Below are positions 16,449 to 25,693 of a stretch of DNA of 43,358 nt, one piece after another. The stretch comes from a virus (taxonomy: Duplodnaviria; Caudoviricetes). The DNA lies in the IMG/VR virus record IMGVR_UViG_3300032257_000030, positions 1-43,358 of that record, one strand, 5' to 3'. The notes beneath the pieces are model-generated. The model ran no database searches. It had not been told where the DNA came from and saw nothing but the letters and a program-made list of their open reading frames with translations. Made by a program: the position numbers and the translations under genes. Numbering within the stretch: position 1 is the first letter of the stretch; each line of letters begins with the position of its first letter.

Positions 16449-16841
16449 CTACCGCGTGTAGTAGTACAGCGGCGCGGGCGTCGTCGTCGCCAGGCGAAGA
16501 GCCTCTTCAAGCTCTCGCCGCCCTCTCGGCGTTCCTGAGCGCCAGGCGAGGGCGAGCTTCGCGACAGGGCACGGCGAAGCCCTGAGCGCCCGCCTGAAGC
16601 CCGCGGCGACCATGTCTCGCACCATTCGATCCGTGTTCCGGTCTTCGAGGTCGGATAGCGAGAAGGTCTGACCGCGGCTCGCGCCAGTCGTTACCGTGAA
16701 TTCGTGCCCGAAGAAGCGGTCGCGGCGACGCTCGACGACGACGACGCGCTCGGCGGCGCCGAGCATGACGCGAAAGCGGGCTTCGTATTTGCGCCGATCG
16801 ATCCGCGTCCAGCCGTCGACCTGCTCGACGACGACCTTCAC
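16449..16841 (-). CDS. hypothetical protein (130 aa)
   Basis: GTGA coupling to the annealing-protein gene. Confidence 0.6.
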   Translation of the reverse strand: MKVVVEQVDGWTRIDRRKYEARFRVMLGAAERVVVVERRRDRFFGHEFTVTTGASRGQTFSLSDLEDRNTDRMVRDMVAAGFRRALRASPCPVAKLALAWRSGTPRGRRELEEALRLATTTPAPLYYYTR

Positions 16842-17653
16842 TTCGCCCTTTTACGGTCGGCGTGCTCTTTCAAGACGGCGACGAGCCGCCCGCGCTCGGC
16901 TTCGGTCATTGACCGCGGGCGCTTCTTCCATTGCGGCGAAGCGATACAGCGAAGGTCAAGCGAGCCCGCCTCGATATCGAGCCCGCTCAGGTCGACGCCG
17001 AAGGCGACCTCGTCGAAACTCGGGTCGTCTGGCTGGCTCCATGCGTGAAGGTGCGCGTCGCAAAAGCGAAGGTCGGGTCGGTCGGCGGCGGCGCCCGCGG
17101 TCTTCATGGTTCCGCAGGCGGCGCACGCCGCCGACGTGTCGACCATGACGGGCGCCCTGAACGCCTTCGTCGACGGCGTCGCGGCGGCGGGCGGCGCCTG
17201 GATAGCCGGGCGCTCGGGCACGACTTCGAAGTCGCCGTCGACGACGTCGGCTTCTTCGGCGACGACCGACTCGCCGAGCGTGACGTCGTTCGGCTGGCTC
17301 GGTAGCTCGTCGACGCAGGTCATACCGAGCCCTGTATAGAGCCTGAGCGCCCGACTGATCGCCCGGGTTTCAGCCATACGAAGACAAGCTTCGCGAAGGT
17401 GCTTCGCGACGTTCTTCGAATTCGCGTCGCCGTGTCCGGTGAAGCGCCCGCGGTCGCCGTCGGCGACGACGCGCACGGCGAAGGCTCCCTTCTCGAAGTC
17501 GGCGTGAATGACTTCGGCGTCAAGGGACCGTAAGCCGTGCTCATGGGCGACCCTGACGAGCCCGTTATGAGTCAGGTACTCGCGACCCTGAAGCCAGGTT
17601 ACAGCCTTGATATTACGAAGATACTTCAGGTCGATAGCGGTTCGGTCTTTCAT
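16838..17653 (-). CDS. ssDNA-annealing protein (Rad52/Red-beta superfamily-like)
   Basis: LQGREYL...GL...AH, G.GDA...NV, RMAETRAISRALR...G....DEL, then a flexible linker and Cys-containing C-terminus. Confidence 0.75.
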   Translation of the reverse strand: MKDRTAIDLKYLRNIKAVTWLQGREYLTHNGLVRVAHEHGLRSLDAEVIHADFEKGAFAVRVVADGDRGRFTGHGDANSKNVAKHLREACLRMAETRAISRALRLYTGLGMTCVDELPSQPNDVTLGESVVAEEADVVDGDFEVVPERPAIQAPPAAATPSTKAFRAPVMVDTSAACAACGTMKTAGAAADRPDLRFCDAHLHAWSQPDDPSFDEVAFGVDLSGLDIEAGSLDLRCIASPQWKKRPRSMTEAERGRLVAVLKEHADRKRAK

Positions 17654-17655
17654 GG

Positions 17656-17853
17656 TTACCTCTCGACCCTGACGAGGGCGCGTCGCGGTAGGGCGAAGCA
17701 GGGCTCGCCCGGGTCTTCGATACAGAAGATCAGCGCCGACGCCCGCCCGACGAGAAGAACGATCTCGACGGTGAAGACGCCGAGCCCGAAGGTGCTAAAC
17801 CTGTCGCCGGGCCGAAGCTCGGCGACGCGGCGCGAAGTGTCTCGGCTGCTCAT
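17656..17853 (-). CDS. hypothetical protein (65 aa)
   Basis: GAGGT RBS; ATGA coupling. Confidence 0.55.
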   Translation of the reverse strand: MSSRDTSRRVAELRPGDRFSTFGLGVFTVEIVLLVGRASALIFCIEDPGEPCFALPRRALVRVER

Positions 17854-18377
17854 GTCGACCTCGCCGCGTCATAGTGTCGGCGGCATTCGTCGCCGTAGAA
17901 GACCCGGTTAGGGCACGCGGGATCGGCGCATATGTCGGCGCCCTCTCGGATCGGCACGGGCTGACCGTCTTCGACGAGTCGGATCCCGATCCCGTTCGGC
18001 GTCGCGAGCCTGATCGCCAGGGCGGCGAGCGGCGAGAAGCGCGGCCCGTCGGGCGCCATGTAGGCGAGACCGGCGCCGAGCGCCGCCTGAAGCTCGGCGG
18101 CGTCGAGCCCGCCCTTCGAGGGCGTCAGCGTGACGCGGTCGAGTAGGGCGCCCGACTTAGAGCCCGGGATCAGGATCTCGACGAGGTCGTCGAGATTCGC
18201 CAGGGTCAGCGGGCGGCGCGTGTCCTGAATCCGCATTTTGCGAGAAAGCCAGGGCGCCGTATGCCCGAGCGCCTTTGACGCCGCGTTCATCGAAAGCCCG
18301 TTCGTAATGAGCAGGGCGGCGATTCGCGCCCTGATTACGACGAGGATTGAAAAGGTCGACACCTTCGAGGGTTGCAC
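17850..18377 (-). CDS. HTH DNA-binding protein with C-terminal Cys/His motif
   Basis: Start GTG 18377 after TAGGAGG; IAALL...GLSMNAASKALGHTAPWLSRK; CADPAC...CRRH. Confidence 0.7.
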   Translation of the reverse strand: MQPSKVSTFSILVVIRARIAALLITNGLSMNAASKALGHTAPWLSRKMRIQDTRRPLTLANLDDLVEILIPGSKSGALLDRVTLTPSKGGLDAAELQAALGAGLAYMAPDGPRFSPLAALAIRLATPNGIGIRLVEDGQPVPIREGADICADPACPNRVFYGDECRRHYDAARST

Positions 18378-18402
18378 GTTGTAGCCTCCTAAAGCTGAAA
18401 CG

Positions 18403-18449
18403 AAGATAGCCCGAACGGCTACGCCCTGCAAAGGGTAAACCGTTCGGGC
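18403..18449 (-). promoter_or_regulatory. leftward promoter, family copy B, embedded in an inverted repeat
   Basis: TTGCAG-17-TATCTT on the minus strand; arms gcccgaacgg/ccgttcgggc. Confidence 0.7.
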
Positions 18450-18475
18450 CTTCATTCTGCCGAAGGCGTCGTCGC

Positions 18476-20971
18476 TCAGGTCTTAAAGGTGATCTCGACC
18501 GTGATCCCGAGCGCCCGCGCCGCCGCGAGCCCGGCGCCGAGCCCGGCGCCGAAGACGTCGTCGAATGCTTCGATCGCCGTCAAGACGTCGTAAGCGTCGT
18601 CGCCCGAGTCGACGGCGATAGCAGCGGCGAGCCGCGCCTTCGGATCGCCGCTCGCCTTCGCCATGGCGATCGACTTCTCGCTCGCCGCCGCTCGCCCGTT
18701 CAGGCGCCGCGCCGTTTCGCCGAGCAGGTTCGCGGCGTCGCTCATGGCGGGCGCCGGGCGCTCGGCGGCACTGTCGCACAACTCGGGATCGTCGCCCGAG
18801 ACGCCGTCGACCGCGGGGATCCGCTCGTCGAGCACGTCGAGCGCGTCGTTCACGCGCTCGCTCAGGCGCCGGGCCTTCGCGGCGAGGTCGCCGTCGCCGG
18901 ACGCGATCTGGCTCGTCGCGTCGGGCGCGTCGTCGTTCGTCTGACCCGGGAAGCCGATCACGTTTCCGACGGCGTCGCCCTTGACCTGATCGACTCGGTC
19001 AGCCTTCGAGGGCACGACCTTCGCGGCGATCTTCGGCGTCGCCTCGATCGACTTCTCGAAGGTCGCCTTCGCCCGGTTCAGCAACGCGACGAGCGAACCG
19101 CGAGCGTCGTCGCCGCGGGCCCGCTCGGCGCCGATCGCGGCGTCGAAGATCCGAGAGTCGCCGACGGCGTCGACGCGCTCGCGAGCGCTCTTCACGCTGA
19201 CGAGAAGATAGCCCGCCAGCGTCGCGGCGACCTCGTCGAGCCCATAGGCGCACGTCGCGATCGTCTCGGCGGCGACGACATAGGCGGGCCGCTCGTCGAC
19301 CTGCTCGACCGGCGCCGGGTTATCCTGACCTGGCGCGGGCGGCGTCGGCGTCGCGGTCTCGCCGGGTGACGAAGTGTCGGCGCCCTCGAAGTCGACGTCG
19401 CTCGCCTCTTTGCCGGTCGGGAAGGGAAGCCCGAGCAGGGCGGCGCGAACGCACGCGGCGACGGCGGGCCGCGACTTGACCCGCTTCTTCAGCAGCATAG
19501 CCGAGAGAAGCGCCTTCTTTCGGTCGGGCGTCTCGCCGAGCGCGACGTGAACGTCGTTCAGGTATCCGACCTGCTGATCGACGTCGCCCTTCACGCGGGC
19601 GGGCGTCTTCGCGTGCGCCTTGACCGTCGCGAGCGTGTCGCGGTTCCACGTCGAGCGAACGAGGGCGATCTTCCCGTCGACCTTCAGCGCCAGGAAGCCG
19701 AGCAGGTCGAAGAGGTCGCCCGGGCCCGAGCAGCCGACGAAGATCTCGCGGGCCTTCCTGGCGAGCGTGTCGTCGACGGCCGGGATCGTGACCTGCTCGA
19801 TCGAGACCTCGTCGCCGCTCTCGGTCGAGACCTCGTCGCCGCTCTCGGTCGAGACCTCGTCGCCGCTCTCGGTCGGCTGGCTCGCCTTCTCGGCGGCGTC
19901 GAGCGCCTTCAGGTCGTCGGGCGTCGGCGACGTCAGCGGCCCGACGGGCTTCGGCTTCAGGTCGTGCGTCGGCGCCTTCGACCCGGGCGCGGGCTTCGCG
20001 CTGGCGTGAAGGGTGTCTTCGCCGATCTCGACGCCGACGATCCCTCGCTGCTTTTCGATCGCCGACATGACGAGCGGGCGCCCGTCGGGCCCGTGAACGG
20101 CGATCTCGCCCTTCTCGTACCACGCCAGCCAGCGGCCCGACGTCGCGAAGCTGATCGCCTTAATCACGGTCGCCTCGGGCTTTTGAGCCTGAGCGATAGC
20201 GCCGTTCGAGGGATCCTCTTCGGCGCCCTCGTCGCCGAAGTTGTCGGCGTGCGCGACGTCGACGGCGTCGGCGAACATGAAGAAGGCGGCGGCGTCGCTC
20301 GGCTGCTCGATCGTGTTCCTGACGAAGTCGATATCGAAGCCCTTCGCGTCGACCTTCCCGACGGCGATCTCGTCGCCAGGTTCGAGCGCACCTTCGAGGG
20401 CGTCGAGCTTGTCGAGGGCGTCGTTCCGCCTGGCGACGACGTCGGCGGCGTTGCTGTCGAAGGCGACCTCGTCGCCGCCGCCGAGATCGTCAGGCTCGAC
20501 GGGCTCGCCGACGCCGCCGACCTGGCCCGCGCCCGTCATAGGCGGGACGGCGGCGAAGGGATCCGCGGGCGGCTCGGCGCTCTCGACCGGCTCGGCGGCG
20601 GCGCGGGTCTTCGACTTGACCGAAGCGAGCAGCGTCGAGACCGAAGCGACGCCGTGCTCGCCGAGCTTCGCGGCGTCGGCGAGCATGACGAGCGCCCGGG
20701 CCTTCGACGCCAGGCCGACGCCGTCGTCGACCGCCAGGCCCGCGCCGAAGTCGACGCTCTCGTCGTTCAGCGCCGCGACCGCGCTCTCGATCTCGCCGGG
20801 CATGCTGTAGAAGGCATAGTGATCCGGCACGGGCACGATCGCGCCCGTGCTCGTCGCGACCCTGTGCTCGCCGCCTTCGGTGTAGCCTTCCATGACGCGC
20901 ACGATATCGCCGCGCTCGATCTGGTAGTAGCCGCCCTGGCGCGCGTCTTTGATCTGAATCTTCGTTCTCAT
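18476..20971 (-). CDS. large acidic Ala/Pro-rich hypothetical protein (831 aa)
   Basis: Start moved to ATG 20971 (GAGG RBS, below a promoter motif); strong codon bias; TESGDEVS repeats. Confidence 0.8.
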   Translation of the reverse strand: MRTKIQIKDARQGGYYQIERGDIVRVMEGYTEGGEHRVATSTGAIVPVPDHYAFYSMPGEIESAVAALNDESVDFGAGLAVDDGVGLASKARALVMLADAAKLGEHGVASVSTLLASVKSKTRAAAEPVESAEPPADPFAAVPPMTGAGQVGGVGEPVEPDDLGGGDEVAFDSNAADVVARRNDALDKLDALEGALEPGDEIAVGKVDAKGFDIDFVRNTIEQPSDAAAFFMFADAVDVAHADNFGDEGAEEDPSNGAIAQAQKPEATVIKAISFATSGRWLAWYEKGEIAVHGPDGRPLVMSAIEKQRGIVGVEIGEDTLHASAKPAPGSKAPTHDLKPKPVGPLTSPTPDDLKALDAAEKASQPTESGDEVSTESGDEVSTESGDEVSIEQVTIPAVDDTLARKAREIFVGCSGPGDLFDLLGFLALKVDGKIALVRSTWNRDTLATVKAHAKTPARVKGDVDQQVGYLNDVHVALGETPDRKKALLSAMLLKKRVKSRPAVAACVRAALLGLPFPTGKEASDVDFEGADTSSPGETATPTPPAPGQDNPAPVEQVDERPAYVVAAETIATCAYGLDEVAATLAGYLLVSVKSARERVDAVGDSRIFDAAIGAERARGDDARGSLVALLNRAKATFEKSIEATPKIAAKVVPSKADRVDQVKGDAVGNVIGFPGQTNDDAPDATSQIASGDGDLAAKARRLSERVNDALDVLDERIPAVDGVSGDDPELCDSAAERPAPAMSDAANLLGETARRLNGRAAASEKSIAMAKASGDPKARLAAAIAVDSGDDAYDVLTAIEAFDDVFGAGLGAGLAAARALGITVEITFKT
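19801..19872. repeat. 24-bp perfect tandem repeat x3, in frame
   Basis: tcgagacctcgtcgccgctctcgg x3. Confidence 0.95.
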
Positions 20972-21022
20972 TTCGGCCTCGTTTTGTCGTCGGGTGAATG
21001 CTTCAGCGGTAGAAGCCCGAGC

Positions 21023-21052
21023 AGGGTAACCGCTAACGGCTTCACCTTTCAA
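21023..21052 (-). promoter_or_regulatory. leftward promoter, family copy C
   Basis: TTGAAAggtgaagccgttagcggtTACCCT, 18-bp spacer, same GGYGWAGCC core. Confidence 0.6.
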
Positions 21053-21115
21053 TGAAGGCTCGACGTTTTTCTTCACCTGGGCTATTCTTCGAGTGCCAAG
21101 TGAAGGGCTATAGCT

Positions 21116-21679
21116 ATGCCGAAGCGCGATATCGGGCGCCCTGGGATGATTTCCCGAGAGCGCATTCAGCGGATCCGCGACGCGATAGCGGTCGACGGGT
21201 CTTCGGATCGCGTCGCCGCCGCCCGCGGCGGGATCAACGTGCGAACCTTCTACTATTGGAAGCGGCGCGGCGAAGAAGCGCTCGAAACATACGGCGAAGA
21301 CGAGCTTTCGACGCCGTTAGAGGAAATGCCATACGTGCACTTTTATCGCGAGATCATGTCAGCCGACGTCGACCGCGAAGAGGTTCTTCACGGTTATATC
21401 AGGGCGCACGCGCCCGGAGACTGGCGCGCCGCTCATGCTCTGCTCAAAATGCACAACCCTGAGCAATACGCCGATCGTCAGAAGGTGAAGATCGACGCGA
21501 CCGTATCAGGCGACCCGGCGAAGCCTGTCGTCGCTCATGTCGACGTATCGGGGCTCGGCGGGCCCGACGCCCTCGTCGAGCTTCTTCGGCGAGCAGGGCG
21601 CCCGGTTCCTGGCGATCCCGACACGTCGAAGGGCGTCGAGCGGTTCTTCGACGATTCCGATAAGGCGGGCGGCGAATGA
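21116..21679 (+). CDS. terS: terminase small subunit
   Basis: HTH (GINVRTFYYWK), DWRAA..LL...PEQY motif, upstream of TerL. Confidence 0.8.
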   Translation: MPKRDIGRPGMISRERIQRIRDAIAVDGSSDRVAAARGGINVRTFYYWKRRGEEALETYGEDELSTPLEEMPYVHFYREIMSADVDREEVLHGYIRAHAPGDWRAAHALLKMHNPEQYADRQKVKIDATVSGDPAKPVVAHVDVSGLGGPDALVELLRRAGRPVPGDPDTSKGVERFFDDSDKAGGE

Positions 21680-21798
21680 CCGCGCTCTTATTCGTCGCTG
21701 GCGTTCTCTATTTCGCGGGATTCGTCGAAGTCGCGAAGCTCGTCGCGATTACATGGGGCGTCTTAGGCGCCGCGTCGCTGCTCGACGGCTGGACGTGA
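21676..21798 (+). CDS. 40-aa hydrophobic membrane peptide (absent from the ORF track)
   Basis: ATGA overlap with terS: MTALLFVAGVLYFAGFVEVAKLVAITWGVLGAASLLDGWT*; fills the terS-terL gap. Confidence 0.6.
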   Translation: MTALLFVAGVLYFAGFVEVAKLVAITWGVLGAASLLDGWT

Positions 21799-21802
21799 AG
21801 CC

Positions 21803-23440
21803 ATGCTCGACGGGATAGCAGCGACGGCGCTCGGCGGCGCCTGGCGCCCGCCAGACGTCGATCCCGACCTCGTCGCCGAAGCGATAGAAGAGCAGTTAGC
21901 GATCGACTCTCTCGAATACTTCGCTCGCTACGCTTGGAAGCTGATCGAGCCCGGGCGTAAATTCGTCTGGAACTGGCATATGACGAGCATATGCCGAGAG
22001 CTTCAGGCAGTATCCGAGGGGAAGGTTCAGCGGCTCGTTATTTGTGTCCCGCCGCGACACTCGAAGACCCTTCTCGTCTCGGTATTCTGGCAAGCCTGGC
22101 GCTGGCTTCGGAATCCCGAAGAGCGCGTGATCGGGATCTCGAAGTCGCCAAACGTCGCGAAACGGTCAGCCCGCCAGATCCGCCAGATCATTAAAAGCGG
22201 CTGGTATCAAAGGCTGCTCGCGAGGATCGCCAGGAACGACGGCGTCGACCCTGCCGCGTCGCCTGACGAGCTATGGACGCTGGCGACCGATCAAAACGAG
22301 AAATTTTACTTCGAGAATACCGAGAGCGGGTATCGGGTCGCGAAGACGATCGGATCAGACATTACCGGCGAGGGCGCCGACGGTCTGATTATCGACGACC
22401 CTTACGACCTGAAGAACGCGACGATCGGCGCGCCGAAGCAGGTCTCGAAGCGAATGAAAGAGGTCGTCGATATCTTCGACGACACGCTCGAATCACGCCT
22501 GAACGATCCCGTCGTTGGGTGGGTCGTGCTCATTATGCAGCGCGTCCATACTGACGATATCGCGGGCGTCTTTCTCGACCGCTTCAGGTCTGGGCATTGG
22601 GAAGGTTTGACGTCGAGAGCGGTAATCCTTCCCGCAATCTTCGACCCTGACCGCGACGACGTTTATCTCGCCGACGAGATCAACGGCTATCACGGCGATC
22701 CGCGAACGGAATACGGCGAAGCCCTGAACCCCCTTCGCTACCCGGCGCACGTCCTTAGAACCTACGCGAAGAAGCCGCGCCGATGGAAGTCGCAACATTT
22801 GCATAAGCCCGAGAAGCACGGCGGCGTAAAATTTCAGCCGGGCTGGTTCGAGCAGCGGTATCAGGCGGCGCCCGAGCGACATTCGCAAGCTATGGATCTA
22901 ATCGAGATTCACGTCGATTGCGCCGCGACGACGAGCGCGACTTCAGATCAAACCTCGATCCTGACATGGGGCGCGAAGAACCAGCGAGAGAAACACCTTC
23001 TCGATCGGGACTCGGGCCGTTGGGAATTGCCCGAGCTTCTTCGTCGGATCCGACGAATGCGTACACGTTGGAAGAAGGCAGTCGTAACGGTGATCGAGTA
23101 TGCGTCAAACGGGATCGCCGCTTGCCAGACCTTGAAGCACGAAGGCGAGTCGGGAATCGTCGAATACAAACCGGGCGCCGACGGCGGGAAGGAAGTTAGA
23201 GCCGAATTCGCCGTCGTCGCCTACGAATCCGGCGAGGTCTGGCTTCCATCCGACGAGCACGCGCCATGGGTCGCCGACTACATTAGTCAGCTATGCGACT
23301 TCCCCGACGGTGATCACGACGACGACGTCGACGCGACCTCGTCATTCATGATCCGGCGCTCGAAGAAAACGGCGACCGGCGCCGCCGAACGACTCGCGAA
23401 TATGAAGTCGCTCGTCGGCGGCGGCGGCGCTACACCCTGA
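21803..23440 (+). CDS. terL: terminase large subunit
   Basis: VPPRHSKT Walker A, LIIDDP Walker B, IMQR, nuclease VDCA...FP.G.HDDDVDA. Confidence 0.95.
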   Translation: MLDGIAATALGGAWRPPDVDPDLVAEAIEEQLAIDSLEYFARYAWKLIEPGRKFVWNWHMTSICRELQAVSEGKVQRLVICVPPRHSKTLLVSVFWQAWRWLRNPEERVIGISKSPNVAKRSARQIRQIIKSGWYQRLLARIARNDGVDPAASPDELWTLATDQNEKFYFENTESGYRVAKTIGSDITGEGADGLIIDDPYDLKNATIGAPKQVSKRMKEVVDIFDDTLESRLNDPVVGWVVLIMQRVHTDDIAGVFLDRFRSGHWEGLTSRAVILPAIFDPDRDDVYLADEINGYHGDPRTEYGEALNPLRYPAHVLRTYAKKPRRWKSQHLHKPEKHGGVKFQPGWFEQRYQAAPERHSQAMDLIEIHVDCAATTSATSDQTSILTWGAKNQREKHLLDRDSGRWELPELLRRIRRMRTRWKKAVVTVIEYASNGIAACQTLKHEGESGIVEYKPGADGGKEVRAEFAVVAYESGEVWLPSDEHAPWVADYISQLCDFPDGDHDDDVDATSSFMIRRSKKTATGAAERLANMKSLVGGGGATP

Positions 23441-23819
23441 CGAAGCCCGGGCACGTCGTCGGCTTCCCGTTGTTGGTGCCTTCGACGCCGCACGACGAGC
23501 AGCGGTAGCGATAGACGCGACCGACGAGGGCGTCGCCGATATGTACTCGCATGCCGTGTAGCTGCTCGTAAGCCAGCGGCGCGCCGCACGGCTTGACGAG
23601 GTCGCCCCATTCGCCGAGCGTTCTCGGCGTCGCGTGACCGTGCGTGACCTTCCCCTTCTCGTCGATCTGAACATAGGGAAGGGTCGAGCGGTCGGCGCCC
23701 GCGTGTCTGACGATCCCCATAGTCGGGATCCTGGCGACGAATTCGCCGATAAACCGGGTATCGACCTGGCGCCGGGCGTTGTTGTATCGCTGGCGAATCT
23801 CGCCGGGCTTCGCCTTCAC
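23430..23819 (-). CDS. hypothetical Cys-containing (zinc-ribbon-like) protein
   Basis: Start GTG 23819 via GTGA overlap; PCG, CSSCG, CPG. Confidence 0.55.
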   Translation of the reverse strand: MKAKPGEIRQRYNNARRQVDTRFIGEFVARIPTMGIVRHAGADRSTLPYVQIDEKGKVTHGHATPRTLGEWGDLVKPCGAPLAYEQLHGMRVHIGDALVGRVYRYRCSSCGVEGTNNGKPTTCPGFVRV

Positions 23820-24397
23820 GACTTCACCTGAAGCCGCGGGTCGTAGAAGTTTGAGCCCTTCCCGAGCCCGCACCTTCCGAAGCCCTCGTCGTCTGGACCT
23901 CTGGCGGGATCCCATAGGGCGCACGCCGAGCCGTGGCAGCATGCGACGGCCCGAGCGCCGTCGACGTAGATTCGAAGGGCGGCGCCGTCGCCGAGCGGCG
24001 GCGGCGCCGCCTGGAGGACGCCCGCGAAGAACGTCGGGCACGTTCGAGGCTTGGCGCCCTCTTCGACCCGTTCGAGGCGGGCGACCGCCTTCTCGAAGAA
24101 GGCGAGCCAGCCGCCCGAGAAGCCGAACGCGTAGACGTCGACGGCGAGGTCGCCCTTCTCGACGACGGCGTCGAGAGCGTCGACCCTGTCTTCGTTCGAG
24201 CCCGTGATCCGCTTCGTCGTGATCGTCAGCTTCACGTCGACGCGTCGAGGGCGGTCGCGGTACAAAACCGAGCCAGGATCCGTGTCGGGCATGAGATCGA
24301 AGGTGTAGTCGCCGGGGCGCACGCAGACGGGAAGGCGAAAGTCGTTCGCGAGGTTCATTCGGGCACGCTCTCTCTTATTCATGGTTGGTATCTCCAA
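23816..24397 (-). CDS. hypothetical protein (start may be ATG 24382)
   Basis: GGAG RBS before MNKRE; C-terminal CC...CALW...C motif. Confidence 0.6.
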   Translation of the reverse strand: MEIPTMNKRERARMNLANDFRLPVCVRPGDYTFDLMPDTDPGSVLYRDRPRRVDVKLTITTKRITGSNEDRVDALDAVVEKGDLAVDVYAFGFSGGWLAFFEKAVARLERVEEGAKPRTCPTFFAGVLQAAPPPLGDGAALRIYVDGARAVACCHGSACALWDPARGPDDEGFGRCGLGKGSNFYDPRLQVKS

Positions 24398-24547
24398 TAT
24401 TTGCGGGGCAGATTCCAGGCCCGACGAATCTCGGCTTCGCCGAAGTCGGCAGTATTAAAGGCGGGCGCCCGCGCTTCCCGCCTGAAGGCGTCGAGCGGCG
24501 ACAACCTGAGCGAGCCAGGCGCCGCCGCTCGAAGTCCGGTCAGCCGA

Positions 24548-25102
24548 TCAAGACCTCGCCGACGACTGGCTCGACTCGCCGATCAGGTGATCCTGAAGCC
24601 CTTGAAGAAGGTCGTTCGGTTCGAGGGTTTCGTTCAGGCAGTCGAAGATGAAGAGCGCGACGTCGCCGAGCGAGCCTTCGACGCCGACGCCGTCAAAGGT
24701 CAGCCGCTCGACGAGCTTCAAGGCGGGCTCGGTCTCGCCCGCGGGAACGACGGCGACGATCTCGACGTCGTCGGGCATGACGGGCGAGAAGACAGCGGCG
24801 AGCGCGTCGGCGACCGCTTCAGCCTTCACGAAAGCGAGTCGGTCGCGGCGGCGGGCGGCGGCGCGCGGGATACAGGCGATACCGCTCGGCGCGCTCTGCC
24901 GAAGCGTCTCGAAGCCCGCCCGCCCGGCGAGGTTCGAGACGAAGTCGAGATCCGCGATAAGGTTCGATCCGAAGACGACATAGAAGCGGCTAACGGGCGT
25001 GAAGCCGCCGCCGTCGGCGAGTTCTCGAATCGACGATTCGAAGCCGAGCACGGCGAGCGCGGCGCTCAGGTTTTCACAGGCGATCAGGTTTTCGTTTTTC
25101 AT
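24548..25102 (-). CDS. hypothetical early protein (184 aa)
   Basis: GAGGGA RBS. Confidence 0.7.
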   Translation of the reverse strand: MKNENLIACENLSAALAVLGFESSIRELADGGGFTPVSRFYVVFGSNLIADLDFVSNLAGRAGFETLRQSAPSGIACIPRAAARRRDRLAFVKAEAVADALAAVFSPVMPDDVEIVAVVPAGETEPALKLVERLTFDGVGVEGSLGDVALFIFDCLNETLEPNDLLQGLQDHLIGESSQSSARS

Positions 25103-25135
25103 GGTTCCCTCTTGTGTGTTGACGCTGGCGCGCCT

Positions 25136-25180
25136 GAAGCGGCGTCGGCGCCCGGGAAGAGCCCGGGCGTCGTCGTCGAC
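25136..25180 (-). repeat. 45-bp intergenic hairpin element, copy 2
   Basis: gaagcggcgtcggcgcccgggaagagcccgggcgtcgtcgtcgac, abutting the stop codon at 25181. Confidence 0.85.
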
Positions 25181-25630
25181 TCAGGCGCCGAGCAGCCCTT
25201 CGATTTCGCGAACGGCGTCTTCGTCGTGCGCCGTCGCCGTGCCCGTCACGCCCCAACAGATCGACGAGGGCGCCCGAGCGCCTTCGACGGTCAGCGACGG
25301 CGACTTCTTCTTCAGGGCGGCGACGAGGTCGGCGACGTGCCGATCCGTGATCGTGCCGAAGTTGAAAAGACCGACGGTAAGCTCGATCGACGCCGACGGC
25401 GTTACCGCGCTTCGCGGCACGTCGCCGCCATAGCGGGCGCGGCTACGGATCACGATACAGCCCGCGTTGTGCTGGCTCAGGCGGACACGCCCGGCGCCTT
25501 CGGTCGGGAAGCGCCCGAATAGCTCTCGGGCGACGTCGTCGAAGCTGGCGACCTTGATAAAATCCGAGCAGTAATTTTTAGAACCGTCGACCATTCCGCC
25601 GATAGTCAGGCGGATAGACACTGAAAGCAT
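25181..25630 (-). CDS. hypothetical early protein (149 aa)
   Basis: Start moved to ATG 25630 (GAGGT RBS). Confidence 0.65.
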   Translation of the reverse strand: MLSVSIRLTIGGMVDGSKNYCSDFIKVASFDDVARELFGRFPTEGAGRVRLSQHNAGCIVIRSRARYGGDVPRSAVTPSASIELTVGLFNFGTITDRHVADLVAALKKKSPSLTVEGARAPSSICWGVTGTATAHDEDAVREIEGLLGA

Positions 25631-25649
25631 TTTTGACCTCTTCACGCTT

Positions 25650-25693
25650 GAAACGGCGGCGCCGCCCGAGATAAGCCCGGGCGTCGAAGTAGA
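25650..25693 (-). repeat. 45-bp intergenic hairpin element, copy 3
   Basis: gaaacggcggcgccgcccgagataagcccgggcgtcgaagtaga, abutting the stop codon at 25694. Confidence 0.85.

Noticed and set aside
14232-19872. 12-bp and 24-bp repeats as a CRISPR array
   Set aside because: Head-to-tail tandem units without unique spacers, inside coding sequence, and no cas genes.
23933-25522. 529-aa plus-strand ORF, and similar long ORFs 19547-21055 (+), 30454-31671 (-) and 34811-35818 (-)
   Set aside because: Antisense shadows of genes with better RBS, codon bias and operon context; such open antisense frames are expected at this GC content.
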